Shown here one piece after another: positions 25,105-39,587 of a stretch of DNA of 64,000 nucleotides; position 1 is the first letter of the stretch; each line of letters opens with the position of its first letter. Made by a program: the position numbers and the translations under genes. Source of the DNA: Mobula hypostoma. Lineage: Eukaryota. The stretch covers positions 107,138,001-107,202,000 of the forward strand of contig NC_086107.1 of NCBI RefSeq assembly GCF_963921235.1, read 5' to 3'. The notes beneath the pieces were generated by a model. That model made no database searches. It was not told the origin of the DNA and saw only the letters and a program-made list of their open reading frames with translations.

Positions 25105-26445
25105 CCAGCTGAGATGGAGGTGAAAGTAGTGGAGGAGATGGAGGTTGAAGTGGAGTTAGTAGATGAAGTGGAGGTGGAGGTGAAGGTGATGGAGGTAGTG
25201 GAGGAGGTGGAGGTTGCAGTGGAGTTAGTGTTTGAAGTGGAGGTGGAGGTAGTAGGGGAGGAGGAGGTGGAAGTTGTTAGTGGATGAGGAGGAGGTGGAG
25301 GTAGTAGGGGAGGAGGAGGTGGGTGAAGTTAGTGGATGAGGAGGAGGTGGAAGTAGTAGGGAGGAAAAGGTGGAGGAGGAGGTGTTCGAAGAGGTGGTGA
25401 TAGTGGAGGAGGAGGAGGTGAAGATAGGGGAGGAGGTGGTGAAGTTAGTGAAGGAGGAGGAGGTGGATGTGGTGATAGTGGAAGAGGAGGAGATGAAGGT
25501 AGTGACATTGGAGTTTGAGGTGTAGTTAGTGGATGAGGTGGAGGTAGAGGTAGTGGAGGAGGAGGATGAGGTGGAGGTGGTGATAATGGAGGGGGGGTGA
25601 AGGCAGTGGAGACATTCGAGGTTGAGGTGTAGTTAGTGGATGAGGTGGAGGTGGAGGTAGTAGAGGAGGAGGATGAGGTGGAGGTGGTGATAGTGGAGGA
25701 GGAGGAGATGGCAGTGGAGACATTGGAGGTTGAGGTGGAGTTAGTGGATGAGGTGGAGGTAGTGAATGAGGAGGAGTGGTGATAGTGGAGGAGGAGGAGG
25801 AGGAGGTAAAGGTAATGGAGACATTGGAGTTTGAGGTGGAGTTAGTGGATGAGGTGGAGGTGGAGGTAGTGGAGGAGGAGGATGAGGTGGTGATAATGGA
25901 GGAGGAGGAGGTGGATGTGGTGATAGTGGAAGAGGAGGAGATGAAGGTAGTGGAGATATTCGAGGTTGAGGTGGAGTTAGTGGATGAAGTGGAGGTGGTG
26001 GTAGTGGAGGAGGAGGATGAGGTGGATGTGGTGATAGTGGAGGAGGAGGAGGTAAAGGTAATGGAGACATTGGAGGTTGAGGTGGAATTAGTGGATGAGG
26101 TGGAGGTGGTGAATGAGGAGGAGTGGTGATAGTGGAGGAGGAGGAGGAGGTAAAGGTAATGGAGACATTGGAGGTTGAGGTGGAGTTAGTGGATGAGGTG
26201 GAGGTGGTGAATGAGGAGGAGTGGTGATAGTGGAGGAGGAGGAGGTAAAGGTAATGGAGACATTGGAGGTTGAGGTGGAATTAGTGGATGAGGTGGAGGT
26301 GGTGAATGAGGAGGAGTGGTGATAGTGGAGGAGGAGGAGGAGGTAAAGGTAATGGAGACATTGGAGGTTGAGGTGGAGTTAGTGGATGGTGGAGGTGGTG
26401 GTAGTGAAGGAGGAGGAGGTGGAGGTGGAAGTAATGGAGGTGAAC
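25105..26445 (+). repeat. GGA/GTG-rich minisatellite with a roughly 95-bp higher-order unit in its right half
   Basis: Unit ttagtggatgaggtggagg...gtaaaggtaatggagacattggaggttgaggtgga(g/a) recurs at about 25741, 26088, 26186, 26281 and 26379. Confidence 0.92.
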
Positions 26446-26539
26446 TCGGTGAATGATCCAATCTGACAGTTTAATCTCTCTGCTCTTTGTCGGGCAGGTG
26501 GAGATCCAGAGGCAGGAACCTGCTAGACGGCTCTGAACA

Positions 26540-27415
26540 AGACGAAGAGAGAGAGAAGCAAAGAGAGGCCTGTGATTGGAGAGAGCAAAAAAGAGAGTGA
26601 TAGAGAGAGCAAGAGATGGACAGACAGAGCAGGTCGGTGAGAGAGAAGAGAGAGTGAGAGAATGACAGTGAGAAAGAGAGAGAGAAAGACAGGGAGACAG
26701 AGGCAGAGAGTTGGTGTGAAAAAAATGGGAAGAGAGAGAAAGAGAGAGCATGGGAGACAGTAACAACAGATGGAGGAAAAAAGAGAAAGAGGAAGAGATG
26801 GACAGAGAGTGAGAGAGAGTGAGGGAGGGTAGGAGAGAGAGTGTAAGAGAGAGAGACTACAAAAAAGAGTAACTGAGAGAGAGCATGAGGAAAGAGAGAG
26901 GTACAGATAGAGAGAACGAGACTGAGAGAAGGGCAAAGGGAGGCCAGAGATGGAGAGATAAAAAGAGAAAGATAGAGAACAAGAGATGGACAGATGAAGA
27001 GGGTCAGATGGAAAGGGTTAGAAAAGTGAAGAGGAAGGGCGAGAGAGTGAGAGACTGACTGACAGAGAGCAGGTATGAAAGAGAAATGGGGAAAAGGAAA
27101 GCAAGTGAAAGAGAGAGAGCATGTGTGAAAGAACAGATGGAGAGAGTGAGAGAAAGAGATGGACAGAGAGACAGAGAAGAGAGTGAAAGTGAGCAAGAGA
27201 GGGTAGGAGAGAGAGAGAGAGAGAAAAAGAGAGAGAACGCGAGAGAGAGAGGGGGGACAGAGAGAGAGAGAAAGACAGAGAGAGAGACAGAGTGAGTGAG
27301 GAAGAGAGAGAGAGAGAAAGAAACAGAGAGAGAGAAAGACAGAGAGAGAGAGACAGAGTGAGTGAGAGAGAGGGAGAGAGAGACAGACAGAGTGAGTGAG
27401 AAACAGAGAGAGAGA
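26540..27415 (+). repeat. GA-rich polypurine low-complexity tract
   Basis: Directly visible; it explains the spurious 362-aa Ser/Leu ORF on the minus strand. Confidence 0.92.
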
Positions 27416-28734
27416 TTCTTTGTTACCCATGCTTGACAATGTGATTATGGATTGTGGTGTTATCAGACCCGGTATGGCTCCTCGCTGCCTGCCTCTTTGT
27501 CCTTCATGTTCCGTTAGGAACATATCGTTACTCTCCCTGATATCCAGTTGAAGTCCCAACAGGCTGAGGGTAGCACTCTTCCCTCGAAAGCTGGTTTAAG
27601 CCCTGCTCGAGAGACTATTTTGAAAGCCAAGGCTGACAGATTTGGTGACAGCCACTGATGGGTGAGATATTAACTGACCATCCTGTCTGAAACACAAGAA
27701 CATAGGAGCAGGAGCCTCTCAAGCCTGCTCTATCATTCAACACGACCACAGCTAACCTACCTCAGCCCTCAGCTCCTCTTCTGTGTCAATCCCCCTCATC
27801 CTCAACTCCACAATCTTTCAAAACTGTATCTACCCAGTGATCCAACCTCCATAACTCTCCAGGGATTCACACGCTCTGCGGTGAGAAATTCCGACACACT
27901 TCAGTTGTAAATGAACACTTTTCATCTATTAACTCTCTTTTTTTCATGACTTTCTCGCAAATGGAAACATCTCAGTTCCATTTCTATGGTGTTCTTTTGC
28001 TTTGCTGTTCCTTCTCCACCTCTGAGACTATTCACGAGCAAACTTTTACTTTTCCACTGCCATTATTAACGATTCATGTCTGCAGATGCCAAGATTGACC
28101 CTGGGGATTGGGACCCCTGCTCCAGTCCACACCAGGGACAGTGGTCTTAGTGGACTGTAGCACCGAGTTTGTTTCATATCTTTGCATTGTCCTGTCCTCA
28201 GTAGTTATCCCTCAGCCTACTGGATCATTGACAAACTTCTACCAGTGGGAAGTCTCTGTCTATAAACTGGTTGCCTAGTTTTCTATCTTGTAAGAGTCAG
28301 CCTGGACCCTTACAAAAGAGTGTTGGGGTGGTAATTGCCAGGGAACGGGGAGATTTTGGGGGGCTATAGTGGAAAGCTGAATCTGTTGACAAAGGAGTAA
28401 CAAAGGTGCAGGAGTGGAGATGGCAATGAATGGACTGAAGGTGAAGCACGTAGAAGAGAAAGATTAGAGTCCTCAGCAAGGCTCCCGGTCTGTGGTCTGC
28501 TGGGTTTGTTCTTGTGGTGCATGATGGAGGGAAAAGGGGTAAACTGGATGAACGAGGGGTGGTTTATGATGAAAGTACCCAGTAATATTGGGATTACTTC
28601 ATGGTTTTGGTAGTAGAGAGGATAGGGAGAGTAGAGGGGAGATTGAAGGGAAGGGAGAAGGGAAAGTGAAGGTTTGTCAAGAAGGGTTGCAAGGCTGGGG
28701 AAGGAATAAATAGCTGAAGACCTTGAACTTTGGG

Positions 28735-29270
28735 TTCTCCAAATTCTGATTCAGAAGAATGAGAGGAGATCTTGTAAAAACTTATCGAATTATAAAAGGG
28801 ACAGATAAGATGGAAGCAGGAAAGTTGCTTCCACTAGTAAGTGAAACTAGAAATAAGGGCCATAGCCTCAAGGTTCAGGAGAATGAGAGGGGATCTTATA
28901 AAACATCAAATTATGAAGGGGATAAATAAGATAGAGGCATGAAAGCCATTTTCCCTGGTAAGTGGAACTAGAGGACATAGCCTCAAGATTCTAGACAGTA
29001 GATTTGGGATGGGGATGAGGAGGAACTGCTTTTCTCAGAGAGCAGTGAATCTGTAGAGTTCTCTGCCCAGGGAAGCAGTAGTGTTTACTTCATTAAATAT
29101 ATTTAAGACACAGTTAGACTTTTGTATAGTAGGGGAATTAAGGATTATGGGGGGAAAAGGCATGTAGGTAGGGTTAAGTCCATGGCCAGATCGGCCATGA
29201 TTTTATTGAATGGTGGAGCAGGTCCAATGGCCAGATGGCCGAATTCTGTTCCTATTTCTTTTGTTCCTAA
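28735..29270 (+). mobile_element. CR1 3' fragment with an internal tandem duplication of about 125 bp
   Basis: agaatgagag...cttat...aattat..gataaga...catagcctcaag occurs twice (about 28750-28872 and 28873-28990). Confidence 0.75.
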
Positions 29271-30892
29271 GAGAAGGTTAGCTTTATCTGTCACATGTAC
29301 ATTTGAAACATACAGTGAAATGTGTTTTCTTGCATCAACGACCAACACAGTCGGAAGATATGCTCAGAGCAGCTGGCAAGAGTTGCCATTCTTCTGGCGC
29401 CAACGCAGCACGCCCACAATTTACTAACCCTAACCTGTATGTCTTTGGAATGTGGGAGGAAACTGGAGCACCCGGAGGAAACCCATGCAGCCACGAAGAG
29501 AACTTACAAACTCCTTGTAGACAGCAGCGGGGACTGAAGCCTGATCTTTGATCACTGGCGGTGTAAAGCGATGTGTTAACTGCACCAGGTGTCTTTTAAA
29601 TGTTGTCATTGTACTTGCCTCAACCAATTCCTGGTCCATTTACACCGTGTCTCTTTTAGAAGAAGTGGCCCCTAGGGTCTCATTTAAATCTTTCCCCTCT
29701 TGCCTTAAACCTATGACCTCTAGTTTTTGGTTCCCTTTCCCTTTCTCTGGGGGAAAAAAAAGATAAAGGGTAACAAGGGAATCTGTTCCCTCTAAAGAAG
29801 AGAAGAACTTTTTCAAGCAGAGGGTGTCTGAATCAAGAGTACAGTGGGGTTGGAGACAGAGACGCAACATTTAGGCAGTGTTTAGACAAATTGTTGAATT
29901 GCAAGTGTAGAACGGGCTATTGGCCAAGTGTTGGTAAATGGGATTCGTGTGGGATAGTCAGCATGGAGATGGGCCAAAGGGACTGCTTCTGTGCTGTGCG
30001 ACGCCATGGCAACCACCTCGGAAGAGCCAATTGTGTCACTGAACACTGGAGTGAGACTGGAGCCATGGACCAGCCAGACGAGGTGAAGATATACTGTTAA
30101 ATGCAGACCTATCACGCAGCTAGAAGTGTTGATCCTTAAGGTATTTAACGATTGTTGGGAGAGGGGATAGTGGCTAGATTTATACCCTGCATTGTCCAAC
30201 CATGTTATTTGTAGCACTGAACTGTGGGCATGTGCATGCGATGTAATCGTAGACTAGATGGTGCTTCTGACACAGCTCTGAGTGTTGCACTGTGTTACTG
30301 TCTGCAGTATGGTTTAGTGCAGTTTTCAATGCCACCCTCACTGTGAAAGTGCCTATAAACTCCCTTTATTTCCTTAAATGCTTCCATTTACCAGAACAGC
30401 ATCCCTGAAAAGGGGGATTTAGAAAAATGCAGAGTTTTCCAGGGTCTCAGAATGGCTCGTCGATTGTAAGGCAGGTCGGTGCTTTGCCGTTTTGCTCAGG
30501 AGGCAGATCATCTGGGGGTTTAATTCCGATCCTGCCCGTCAGATGGGTTCAGAGAAAAAAAAAATCCATTACTCCCAGAGGTCTAGTGGTTAGGTTACTG
30601 GGCTGGATTGCAGATGTGGGTCTATTGATCCAGGGATGTGTTCAAGTTCCACCGTAGTACAACAGTTATTTAAATTAAAGCAATCAAATGGAACTGGAGC
30701 AAAAATCTAGCGTTAATAATGACAATTTTGAAATCTGGGACGTGGAGCAGTTCTGTACCTAAAACATTAACTCTGTTTCTCTTTCCAGAGATGCTGCCTG
30801 AGTTGGTAAGCATTTTCGGTTTCTCCTTGCAGCAAAACCCATTTCCTGCCTCTACTACCTTGTAAGGTTGAACTGCGACTCTAGACCTAGCT

Positions 30893-31375
30893 CAAAGGAG
30901 GTTCACAAAAGTGGTTCCAGGATTGAAAAGCTTGTCATATGAGGAGCCTTTGATGGCTCTGGGCCTCTACTCACTGGAATTCAGAAGAATGAGGGGTGAC
31001 CTCATTGAAACCTATCGAATGGCCTCGTTAGAGTGGATGTGAAGAGGATGTTTCCTATGGTGTAGGATTCTCAGACGAGGGGGAACAGCCTCAGAATAAA
31101 GGGACATCCTTTTAGAACAGAGATGAGGAGGAATTTCTTTAGCCAGGGAGTGGTGAATCTGTGGAATTTGTTGCCACAGATGGCTGTGGAGGCCAAATCT
31201 TTAGTTATATTTCAGGCAGAGGTTGATGGATTCTTGGTTAGTCAGAGAATGAAGGGATACGAGGCGAAGGCAGGAGATTGAGGCTGAGAAGGAAAATAGA
31301 TCAGCCATGATGAGATGGTAGAGCAGACTCAATGGGCCAAATGGCCTATTTCTGCTCCTATATTTTATGGTCTTA
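30893..31375 (+). mobile_element. CR1 LINE 3' fragment
   Basis: Collinear with 38830-39325. Confidence 0.8.
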
Positions 31376-33869
31376 AGACAACTGCCTTCAGAACTAACCC
31401 AGCATGCAAACCGCTCAGGGAACGAAAAGGATGGGAAAGAAGTGCTGGCCTCATCAGTAAAAATTCGTGGCGGTGTTGACAGTGAGGCGGATTGTCATTG
31501 GTTACAGAACAATACTGATCAGTTGTTAAATTAGGTGGGAAATCGGCAGATGGAATTTAATCCCAATAAGTACGAGGTGACGCATTTTTGGGATGTGTTT
31601 TTCAGGGCAGGACAGACATGGTGAATGGTGGGACCCGAGACAGTGTTGAGGAAAAGAGCGACATTGGTGTACAAATCTGTGCAGGCCTCAGCACAGATCG
31701 ATGGTGTGGTGAGGAAGGCATGCAGGGTGCTGGGTTCATTTACCAGGGCACACAATGTAGGTATAGAATCTTTATTTTATCTGTATTTAACTGTGTTTTA
31801 CAGGAGCACCATTGAGAGCATCCTGAGCAGATGCATCTCCATCTGGTATGGGAGCAGCCGAGCATCAGACCGAAAGTCCCTACAAAGGACTGCGAGAATG
31901 GCCGAGGGGATCATGAAACCATGCTCTGACCAAACAAGAATCTATCAAGCTCTGCCTTAAACCTACATAAAGATTTAACATCCACAGCCACCTGCCGCAA
32001 CAAACTCCATAGGTTCATGACTGAAGAAATTCCGCTTCATCTCCATTCTAAAAGGACACCTCTCTATTCTGAGGCTGTGTCCCCTGGTCTTAGACTCTCC
32101 CACCATAGGAAACATCTTCTCCACATCCACGCTATCAAGGCCTTTCACCATTCGATAGGTTGAAGAGTATGAAGAGCCCTTAGTATTATCAAGGATCCCA
32201 CCCATCCATCCAGCGTCCTCTTTGACTTTCTACCATCAGGCAGGAGACTCCGATGCGTAAAGACAAGAACGGCCAGGATGGGAAACAGTTTCTTCCCTCA
32301 GGCCATTAGGCTTCTGAACTCCCTGCCGTATTGCATTCAAAGTGTCACCAGATAATCTGTTCTGTACTTTACAATATTTAATTTATGCAGTTTAGTTTGC
32401 TTTTCTATGCATAATTCATTTGTAGGTTTAATCCTTAATTTCTCAAGTTATTGTGCATTATACGTACTGCTGTGCTTTACATCCTGGTCTGGAGAAACAT
32501 TGTCTCCTTTGACGGTATACATGTATATATTTAAATGACAATAAACTTGACTTGACTTGATATAGACTCAGCAGGTCAGGCAGCAATTGCAGAGAGAGAA
32601 ACGACGCTATCTTAACAGGGCTAGTGAAATACACTGGTGAATATTTCCTGCATATTGTGTCCTGTGCTCTTATTCCCAGTAGTCTAAAAGGACGGAGGTC
32701 ACAATGCAACTTGAAACTTTGCCTGAGGTCACAAATGGAGCACTGTGTGCAATTCAGGCTATCACGCTATAGGAAGGATGTGATTTCACTGGAGAAGGGT
32801 GCAGACGAAAATCTACCAGGATATTTCCTGGCATAGGATGCTTAATGGAGCAAATCCATTGGCCAGGCTTACTTTCTTTGGAGCGGGTGGGGCGGGGGGG
32901 TGTGGTTTCTTGATGGAGGAATACAATTAGGAAAGGCATACCCCCATCGTGGATACGTATAAAATTAAGGTGTGGAATAAAAAAAGGATTACTTTTTTCC
33001 CCACCCAAAGGGTTTTTGCAACCCAGAACACACTGCTTGAGGGGATGGTGGAGGCAGGAGCTCTCACAGCACTTAAAATGGTGTCTTGCTTCGGACCAAG
33101 TTCTCCTAAATGGAATTGGTATAGATGGGTACTTGAAGACCAGCATACACTTTGTTCTGCGTTGTATGAATGCATAACTCTGTGATAACTACATCCAATG
33201 AATAAATTAGGAAATAGAGTGCTGAGACAGCTCTTTCGGATGATGCAAACCAAACCCTTATCTATCAGTTCAGCTGTATGTGGAAATATCGAGGCTGTCA
33301 TTTGACGAACTCCAGCTAAAATATCTCAGAATGAGGCTGCTCCTCAGGAGCCTCTTAGACCTAAAGTGAATCCCGGAACTCGGGATTTATTTTTTTTTTA
33401 AACTTATGTAGAGATTCAGAGTGGAACAGACCCATCCAGCCCAATGAGCCGCTCCGCCCTGCAACTCATCGACTGTAACCCTAGCCTAACCACGGGACAA
33501 TTCACAGAGCAAGTTAACTGACTAACTGGTACGTCTTTGGACTGCGGGAAGGAAACCAAAGCACCCGGAGAAAACCCACACATGTACGGGAAGAAACTTA
33601 CAAGCTTACTTACAGAGGGTATCAGAATTGAACTCTGAACTCTGACACCCCGAGCTGTAATAGTGTCGAGTTAACTACTTGTCATTGTGGGCCGAAGGGC
33701 CTGTACTGTTCTATGTACTACACTACCGTGGCACCTGGAGGCAGCTGAAGACACACTGTACTCTCCACCACACATCTATAGAAGTTTGTCAAAGTTTTAG
33801 ATGTCACGCTGAATCTCCGCAAACTGCAAAGCAAGTGTAACAGCGATAATAAAAATAAAAAATAAAGGA

Positions 33870-34507
33870 GGAGGGAGGAGAAGATGGCGGCGTGACGCAG
33901 CATGCGTAGCCTCTCCAGTGAAATTATATCGTATTTGTTAAATAGAGGCCGTGCACAATTCTGATTTGATGGAGACAGCCGTGAGAGCATGGGGGAACAT
34001 CTGGAGTGACTTCTGAAATGCCTGGTTCGCTGCCACTGCTACTGTGCGATCGAGAATCTCCAGAGGGAAGGCCCCAAAATCCTCAGCTTTGCCTGCTGTT
34101 GGCGACCGGGGCTGGGGTCGAAGCGTTCGGCAGAGATGGTGCTCGGTGCTCGGTGTCGGAGGGCTGGTCGGAGGCTCGAAGTTTTCGGACGACTCAGAGT
34201 CGGACTGTGGTCGGGCATGGCAGGGAGAGTTTTCTTCCTTCTCCCGTCTGTGTGAGATGTGGGACTTTCGAGAGACTTTAAACTTTTTTTACCGTGCTCA
34301 CGGCCTGTTCTTCATCAAGTTACGGTATTGCTTGCACTGTTGTAACTATATGTTATAATTATGTGGTTTTTGTCAGTTTTTCAGTCTTGGTCTGTCCTGT
34401 GTTTCTGTGATATCACACCGGAGGAATATTGTATCATTTCTTAATGCATGCATTACTAAATGACAATAAAAGAGGACTGCGTGTCCTCATAATCTAATCT
34501 AATCTAA
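33870..34507 (+). mobile_element. Family A copy, full-length, with (AATCT)3 tail
   Basis: Starts gggaggagaagatggcggcg and ends gtcctcataatctaatctaatcta. Confidence 0.8.
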
Positions 34508-34519
34508 AAAATCTAAGTA

Positions 34520-34803
34520 AATGCAAAAAAAAACAAACAAGAAAAATCCAGTGAGCAGCAGTTCTGTGGGCAAAAACGTTTTATTAATGAGTGAGGTTAG
34601 AGGAGAGTGGCGAGGTTTCTTCAATCTGACTAGAAGGTGACAATAATTCAAATAACCACATGTTCCAACAGTAGTGTGCAGAAGAGCGTCTCTGAACGCA
34701 TAACGTATCGAACCTTGAAGTGATGGGCTACTACAGCAGAGGACCACGAACATACACTCAGTGTACGTTCAGGGGGTACCTAATAAAGTGGCTACTGAGT
34801 GTA
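34520..34803 (+). mobile_element. Tc1 non-autonomous element, right half
   Basis: Homologous to 16470-16695; ends cctaataaagtggctactgagtg|TA. Confidence 0.8.
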
Positions 34804-37800
34804 TAGTTTAAATCAATTAAGATCACATTTCCTTCCCTCAGAGGGATTAACAAACCAGCTAAGTTTTTATGGCAATCCAATAGTTTCATACTAGCTATAT
34901 AATTTCAGACTTCATCAATTAATTAACTCAATTTAAACTCCCCCAGGTGGGATTTGAACTCATATCTCCATTAGTCAAGTGCTCTGGATTACTACCCTAG
35001 TACACAGACCCTGCACTCCCATACCTGAAGCAAAAAAGTGAAGTTGCTGGAAATCTAAAATGGAGCAGAAAATGCCAGAAACACGCGGCAGGTCAGGCAG
35101 CGGCTGCAGAGAGAGAAGCAGAGTTAACATTCCAGGTTGATACTCAACAGGGCTTTGCTTGTGAATATTCCTTGCATTTTCTGTTCCTGTGTTGTCACAC
35201 CCTGATAGTCCGAGAGGGGGTAACTGAGCCTTTACTGGTCGCCAAGAGGTTCCCAGTACAGAGAGCGTTTTCTAGGAGAGTATTTTTTAGACTCTTTATC
35301 AGTCAGTCAGCATCCATCATCTCAAATGAGATGAATGCACGAGGCAGCATTGATTGCATGTACACTTTGTACCTTCTCAGGGATCTAAATTCTCTATCCA
35401 ACCTTATCAAACCATTTTCAATCACTCCCATTTAACAGAATGATTGAACACATCAATGACTAATCTTAAAGACTTCTGTCGTTTATCTGGCAATTTCTTT
35501 ACACACCACTATGCCAATACATATGCTGGTACGGACTCTCTTTATGGACTTCAGTTCAGAACGTTATTTGCTCACGTTTTTTGCTTGCATGATTTTTTTT
35601 CCTCTTTGCACTTTGGTGTTTGACGATCTTCATTTTTTAATGAGATCCTCTGGGTTTCTTTCGTGGCTAGCTGTCAGAAGATGAATCTCAACATTTTATA
35701 CTGTATACATACTTTGACCCCTCCCCCATCACCCAGGACATGTCCTCACTGTTACCATCAGGAAGGAGGTACAGAAGCCTGAAGACACACACTCAATGAT
35801 CCAGGAACAGCTTCTTCCCCTCTGCCATCCGATTTCTGAATGAACATTGAACCCATGAACACTACCTCACTACTTTTTATTTCTGTCTTTGCAATACTTA
35901 TTTAACTTAACTATTTTATATATACACTTACAGTAATTTACAGTTATTTTTATGTATTATACTGTCATGTATCGCATTGCACTGCTGCTGCAAAGTTAAT
36001 AAATTTCATAACATATGCTGGTGATATTAAATCTGATTCTTCCACTTAGAAAGAATAATCTCCTGAAGATAATATTACCCTAAAAGAAATGTCGAGTGCT
36101 GGGTGCATTAGTGAAGTATCTCATGTATTACAAGCTAGATGTAACACCCTGGTGTGCATTGAGGTTTTTCAAGTTAAATCAGGTACAGCTAACTGTACAG
36201 TTTATTGATATTCAGGGCCAAGCATTGAATCATAAAATATTGCTGCTTCAGAGTATTTTGGTCTCAATCACCCAGAGAGCTGTGCTGGTTGGAGACAGAT
36301 GTTATGCTTTGGCTCTTGGGGGGGTGGGGGTCACCCATAATGGGGCAACGGGCAGAGGTCAGAATACGATTGGCCCACTGGTCCTGCAGGTTCAGGGGTT
36401 CAGCTCAGGGCTAATAACCCTGGCTGGTAAAACAAAATTGTTTCAGAAACAGCAGTAAAGAATCCTTTTACATCTGAGTGCGGTGGTAATCCTGAGTCTC
36501 CAGCCGGGACTTGCATGGCTGACAGTAGTGAACACTGAGAGGAAACTTCTGGCACGATGAAGGAAGCCCTGAACACCACCAGAGATGGAGGACCTTCATC
36601 ACTGCCTTAAACGCCAGCGGTGTAATGAACAGAATCTTTTGGTATGACGTTTAAACATTGAGGAAAGTCACCATAGGAAAACACTCAAATTATTGAGATA
36701 ATAAGATCATGAGCTGCACCATTTAAATTCAGTTGTAAAAAACTGAAAGTGTACTCAAAGGATAGGCAGGTTACCAATGAGATTCATTCATATATTGAAT
36801 ATTAAACCAGTCAGACTACAAATTTGTTCGACACCATGTCCCCTACACTATACTTGGAAACTGAAATATGCTTTAAAATATGGAAATAAGAATAGGGTAG
36901 CAATAGTGTTGTAATGACTCACAGTCTTGGCAAGGATGGAAGTGTCATTACATTGACCGTAAGGAATCCTTTACTGTGAAATTACAGCTCTACCAGCAAC
37001 CCATAAACCAGTCTTTAGTGTAAACTCAAAACCCAAATACTCGTCCTTCCTGTCAACACAGAGGAAATAAATTGGGCCTTGCTTCAGAATCAGACTCAGG
37101 CTCATGTCTGTTATCACCGGCCTATGTCATGAAATCTGTTGATCCGCAGCTGTCGTACAGGTCAATGGGGTGTATGGGGTGGTCGGGGGGCGGGGGGGGG
37201 AGAGGGTAGCGCCTCTGGTGAAGGGGCTTGTCATGTCCATTCTAGACTGCATAATCACCTTTGGTCCGCACCTGACACTCAGCCCCGAGTTCAAAGGTCA
37301 ACGTTCAAAGTAAATTTTATTATCAAAGTACACATACAACCTTGAGATTCATTCTCCTGTGGGCATACTCAGCAAATCGATAGAATAGTAACGATAACAG
37401 GGTCAATGAAAGATCAACCAGAGTGCAGAAGACAACAAACTGTGCAAATGCAAATATAAATAAATAGCAATAAATAATGAGAACATGAGATAATGAGTTA
37501 AGAGTCCTTAAAATGAGATCATTGATTGTGGGAACATTTCAAAAATGGGCAAAAGAGTGCAGTTGTTCAAGAGCCAGATGGTTGAGGGGTAGTAAATGAT
37601 CTTGAACCTGGTGGTGTAAGTCCTGAGGCTCTTCTACCTTCTGCCTGATGGCAACAGTGAGAAGAGCATGCTAGGGATTCCCTGGCCACACCCCGGTACA
37701 CCACCTCGACAGGTGGGCTAAACCAGGTGAGGGTAGCCAGGGGGGGCCTCATACCCCAGTGGGATAGGGACATGCCTGTCCTAGCATACGTGGACTGGGC

Positions 37801-38197
37801 AGCTGAGACCAACAGCGGGATCTAACGGCCAGGAAGGCTTTGTAGAGCGGGAAGGGCAAATCAAGGCTCAGAAGAAGCCGTGGGCATCCACTGCAACAAA
37901 GGAAAGTCTGAGTTGTGACAACTACCCTTACCACTGGAATCGGACGTCCAAGGTCAAGACCGAGGAACTGCCCAGTGCATCAGCTTGCCCACTTTAAAAA
38001 GTCTCCTGCACGGGTACGTTCATGCCGGACAACCAGTCACAGTGCCATGCATAAAAAATTTACTATGTTACAATTTTAAAAATATATAAATAGAAATAGT
38101 ACAAGAAGTGAGGAGGTGTTCATGAATTCATGGACCATTCAGAAATCTGATGGCGGAGAAGAAGAAGCTGTTCCTAAAACATTGAGTGTGTGCCTAT

Positions 38198-39325
38198 GAG
38201 CCCGTGGCATTACAGGAAAGGTTCTGGCATGGATAAAACAGGGGCTGATTGGCAGGATGCAAGGAGTGGGGATGAAGGGAGCCTTTTCTGGCTGGCTGCC
38301 AGTGACTAGAGGTGTTCCACAGGAGTCTGTGTTGGGACTGATTATTTTTATATTATATGTCAATGATTTAGATGATGGAATTGATGGCAGTGTTGCAAAT
38401 TTTGCAGACGATATGAAGATAGGTGCAGGAGCAGATAGTTTTGAAGAAGTTGAAAGGCTACAGTAGGAATTAGACAGATTAGGAAAATGGGTAAAGAAAT
38501 GGCAGATGGAATATAGTGTCAGGAAGTATTTGGTCATGCACTTTGGTAGAAGAAAGGAAAGGAATTTTCAAGATGGAGAGAAAATATGAAAAGATGAGAC
38601 GCAAAGGGACTTGGGAGTCCTTGTGCAGGATTCTTTAAAGGTTAATTTTCAGGTTGAGTCTGTGGTGAGGAAGGCAAATGCAATGTATGCATTTATTTCA
38701 AGAGGACTAGAATATAAAAGCAAGGATGTACTGTTGAAACTTTATAAAGCACTGGCGGGCCCCTCACTTGGAGTACTGTGAGCGGGTTTGGGCACCTTAT
38801 CTTAGAAAGGATGTGCTGAAACTGGAGAGGGTTCAAAGGAAGTTCACCAAAATGATTCCAGGATTGAATGGCTTGTCACATGAAGAGCGTCTGATGGCTC
38901 TGGGCCTGTATTCACTAGAATTCAGAAGAATGAGGGCTGACTGCATTGAAGCCTATCGAATGGCAAAATCCTTGATAGAGTGGATGTGGAGAGGATGTTT
39001 CTTATGGTGGGAGTGTCTGAGTCTGAAAGACACAGTCTCAGAACAGAAAGGTTTCCTTTTAGAACGGAGATGAGGAGGAATTTCTTCAGCCAGAGAGTAA
39101 TGAATCTGTAGAATTCTTTGCCACAGGCAGCTGTGGAGGCTAAGACTTCACGTATAATTAAGGCAGAGGTTGATAGATTCTTGATTGGTCAGGGCATGAA
39201 GGGATATGAGGGAAGGCAGGAGACTGGGGCTGAGAGGAAAATTGGATCAGCCATGATGAAATGACAGAACAGACCCAATGGGCCAAATGGCCTACTTCTG
39301 CTCCTATATCTTATGGTCTTATGAT
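38198..39325 (+). mobile_element. CR1-clade LINE, about 1.1 kb 3' portion with decayed RT
   Basis: WLPVTRGVPQESVLGLIIFILYVNDLDDG...FADDMK; EYCERVWAPYLRKDVLKLERVQRKFTKMIPG. Confidence 0.9.
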
Positions 39326-39587
39326 CCCCATGTTTGGATTGAAATGTTGGTCCCCAGAGAGATTGTCTGAGATGTTGGTGACGAGGAACTTGAAGTTGCT
39401 CACCCTTTCCCACTGCTGAGCCCTTCACGAGGACTGGTATGTGTTCCCTCGACTTCTCCTTCCTGAAGTGAAGTCCACCATCAATTCCTTGGTCTTACTG
39501 AGGAATTCAACCCTAGGGACATAAACTGGTCTTGCAGTGAAGCCAAAATGCAGCTTGCAACAGCTAACTGAATCCTATCGAATGGTA

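Noticed and set aside
24907..26461. Glu/Val-rich (+) and Pro-rich extensin-like (-) ORFs
   Set aside because: Translations of the GGA/GTG minisatellite; frames are broken by repeat-length changes.
26471..27559. 362-aa ORF, the longest in the window
   Set aside because: Ser/Leu-rich translation of the CT/GA low-complexity tract; no domain features.
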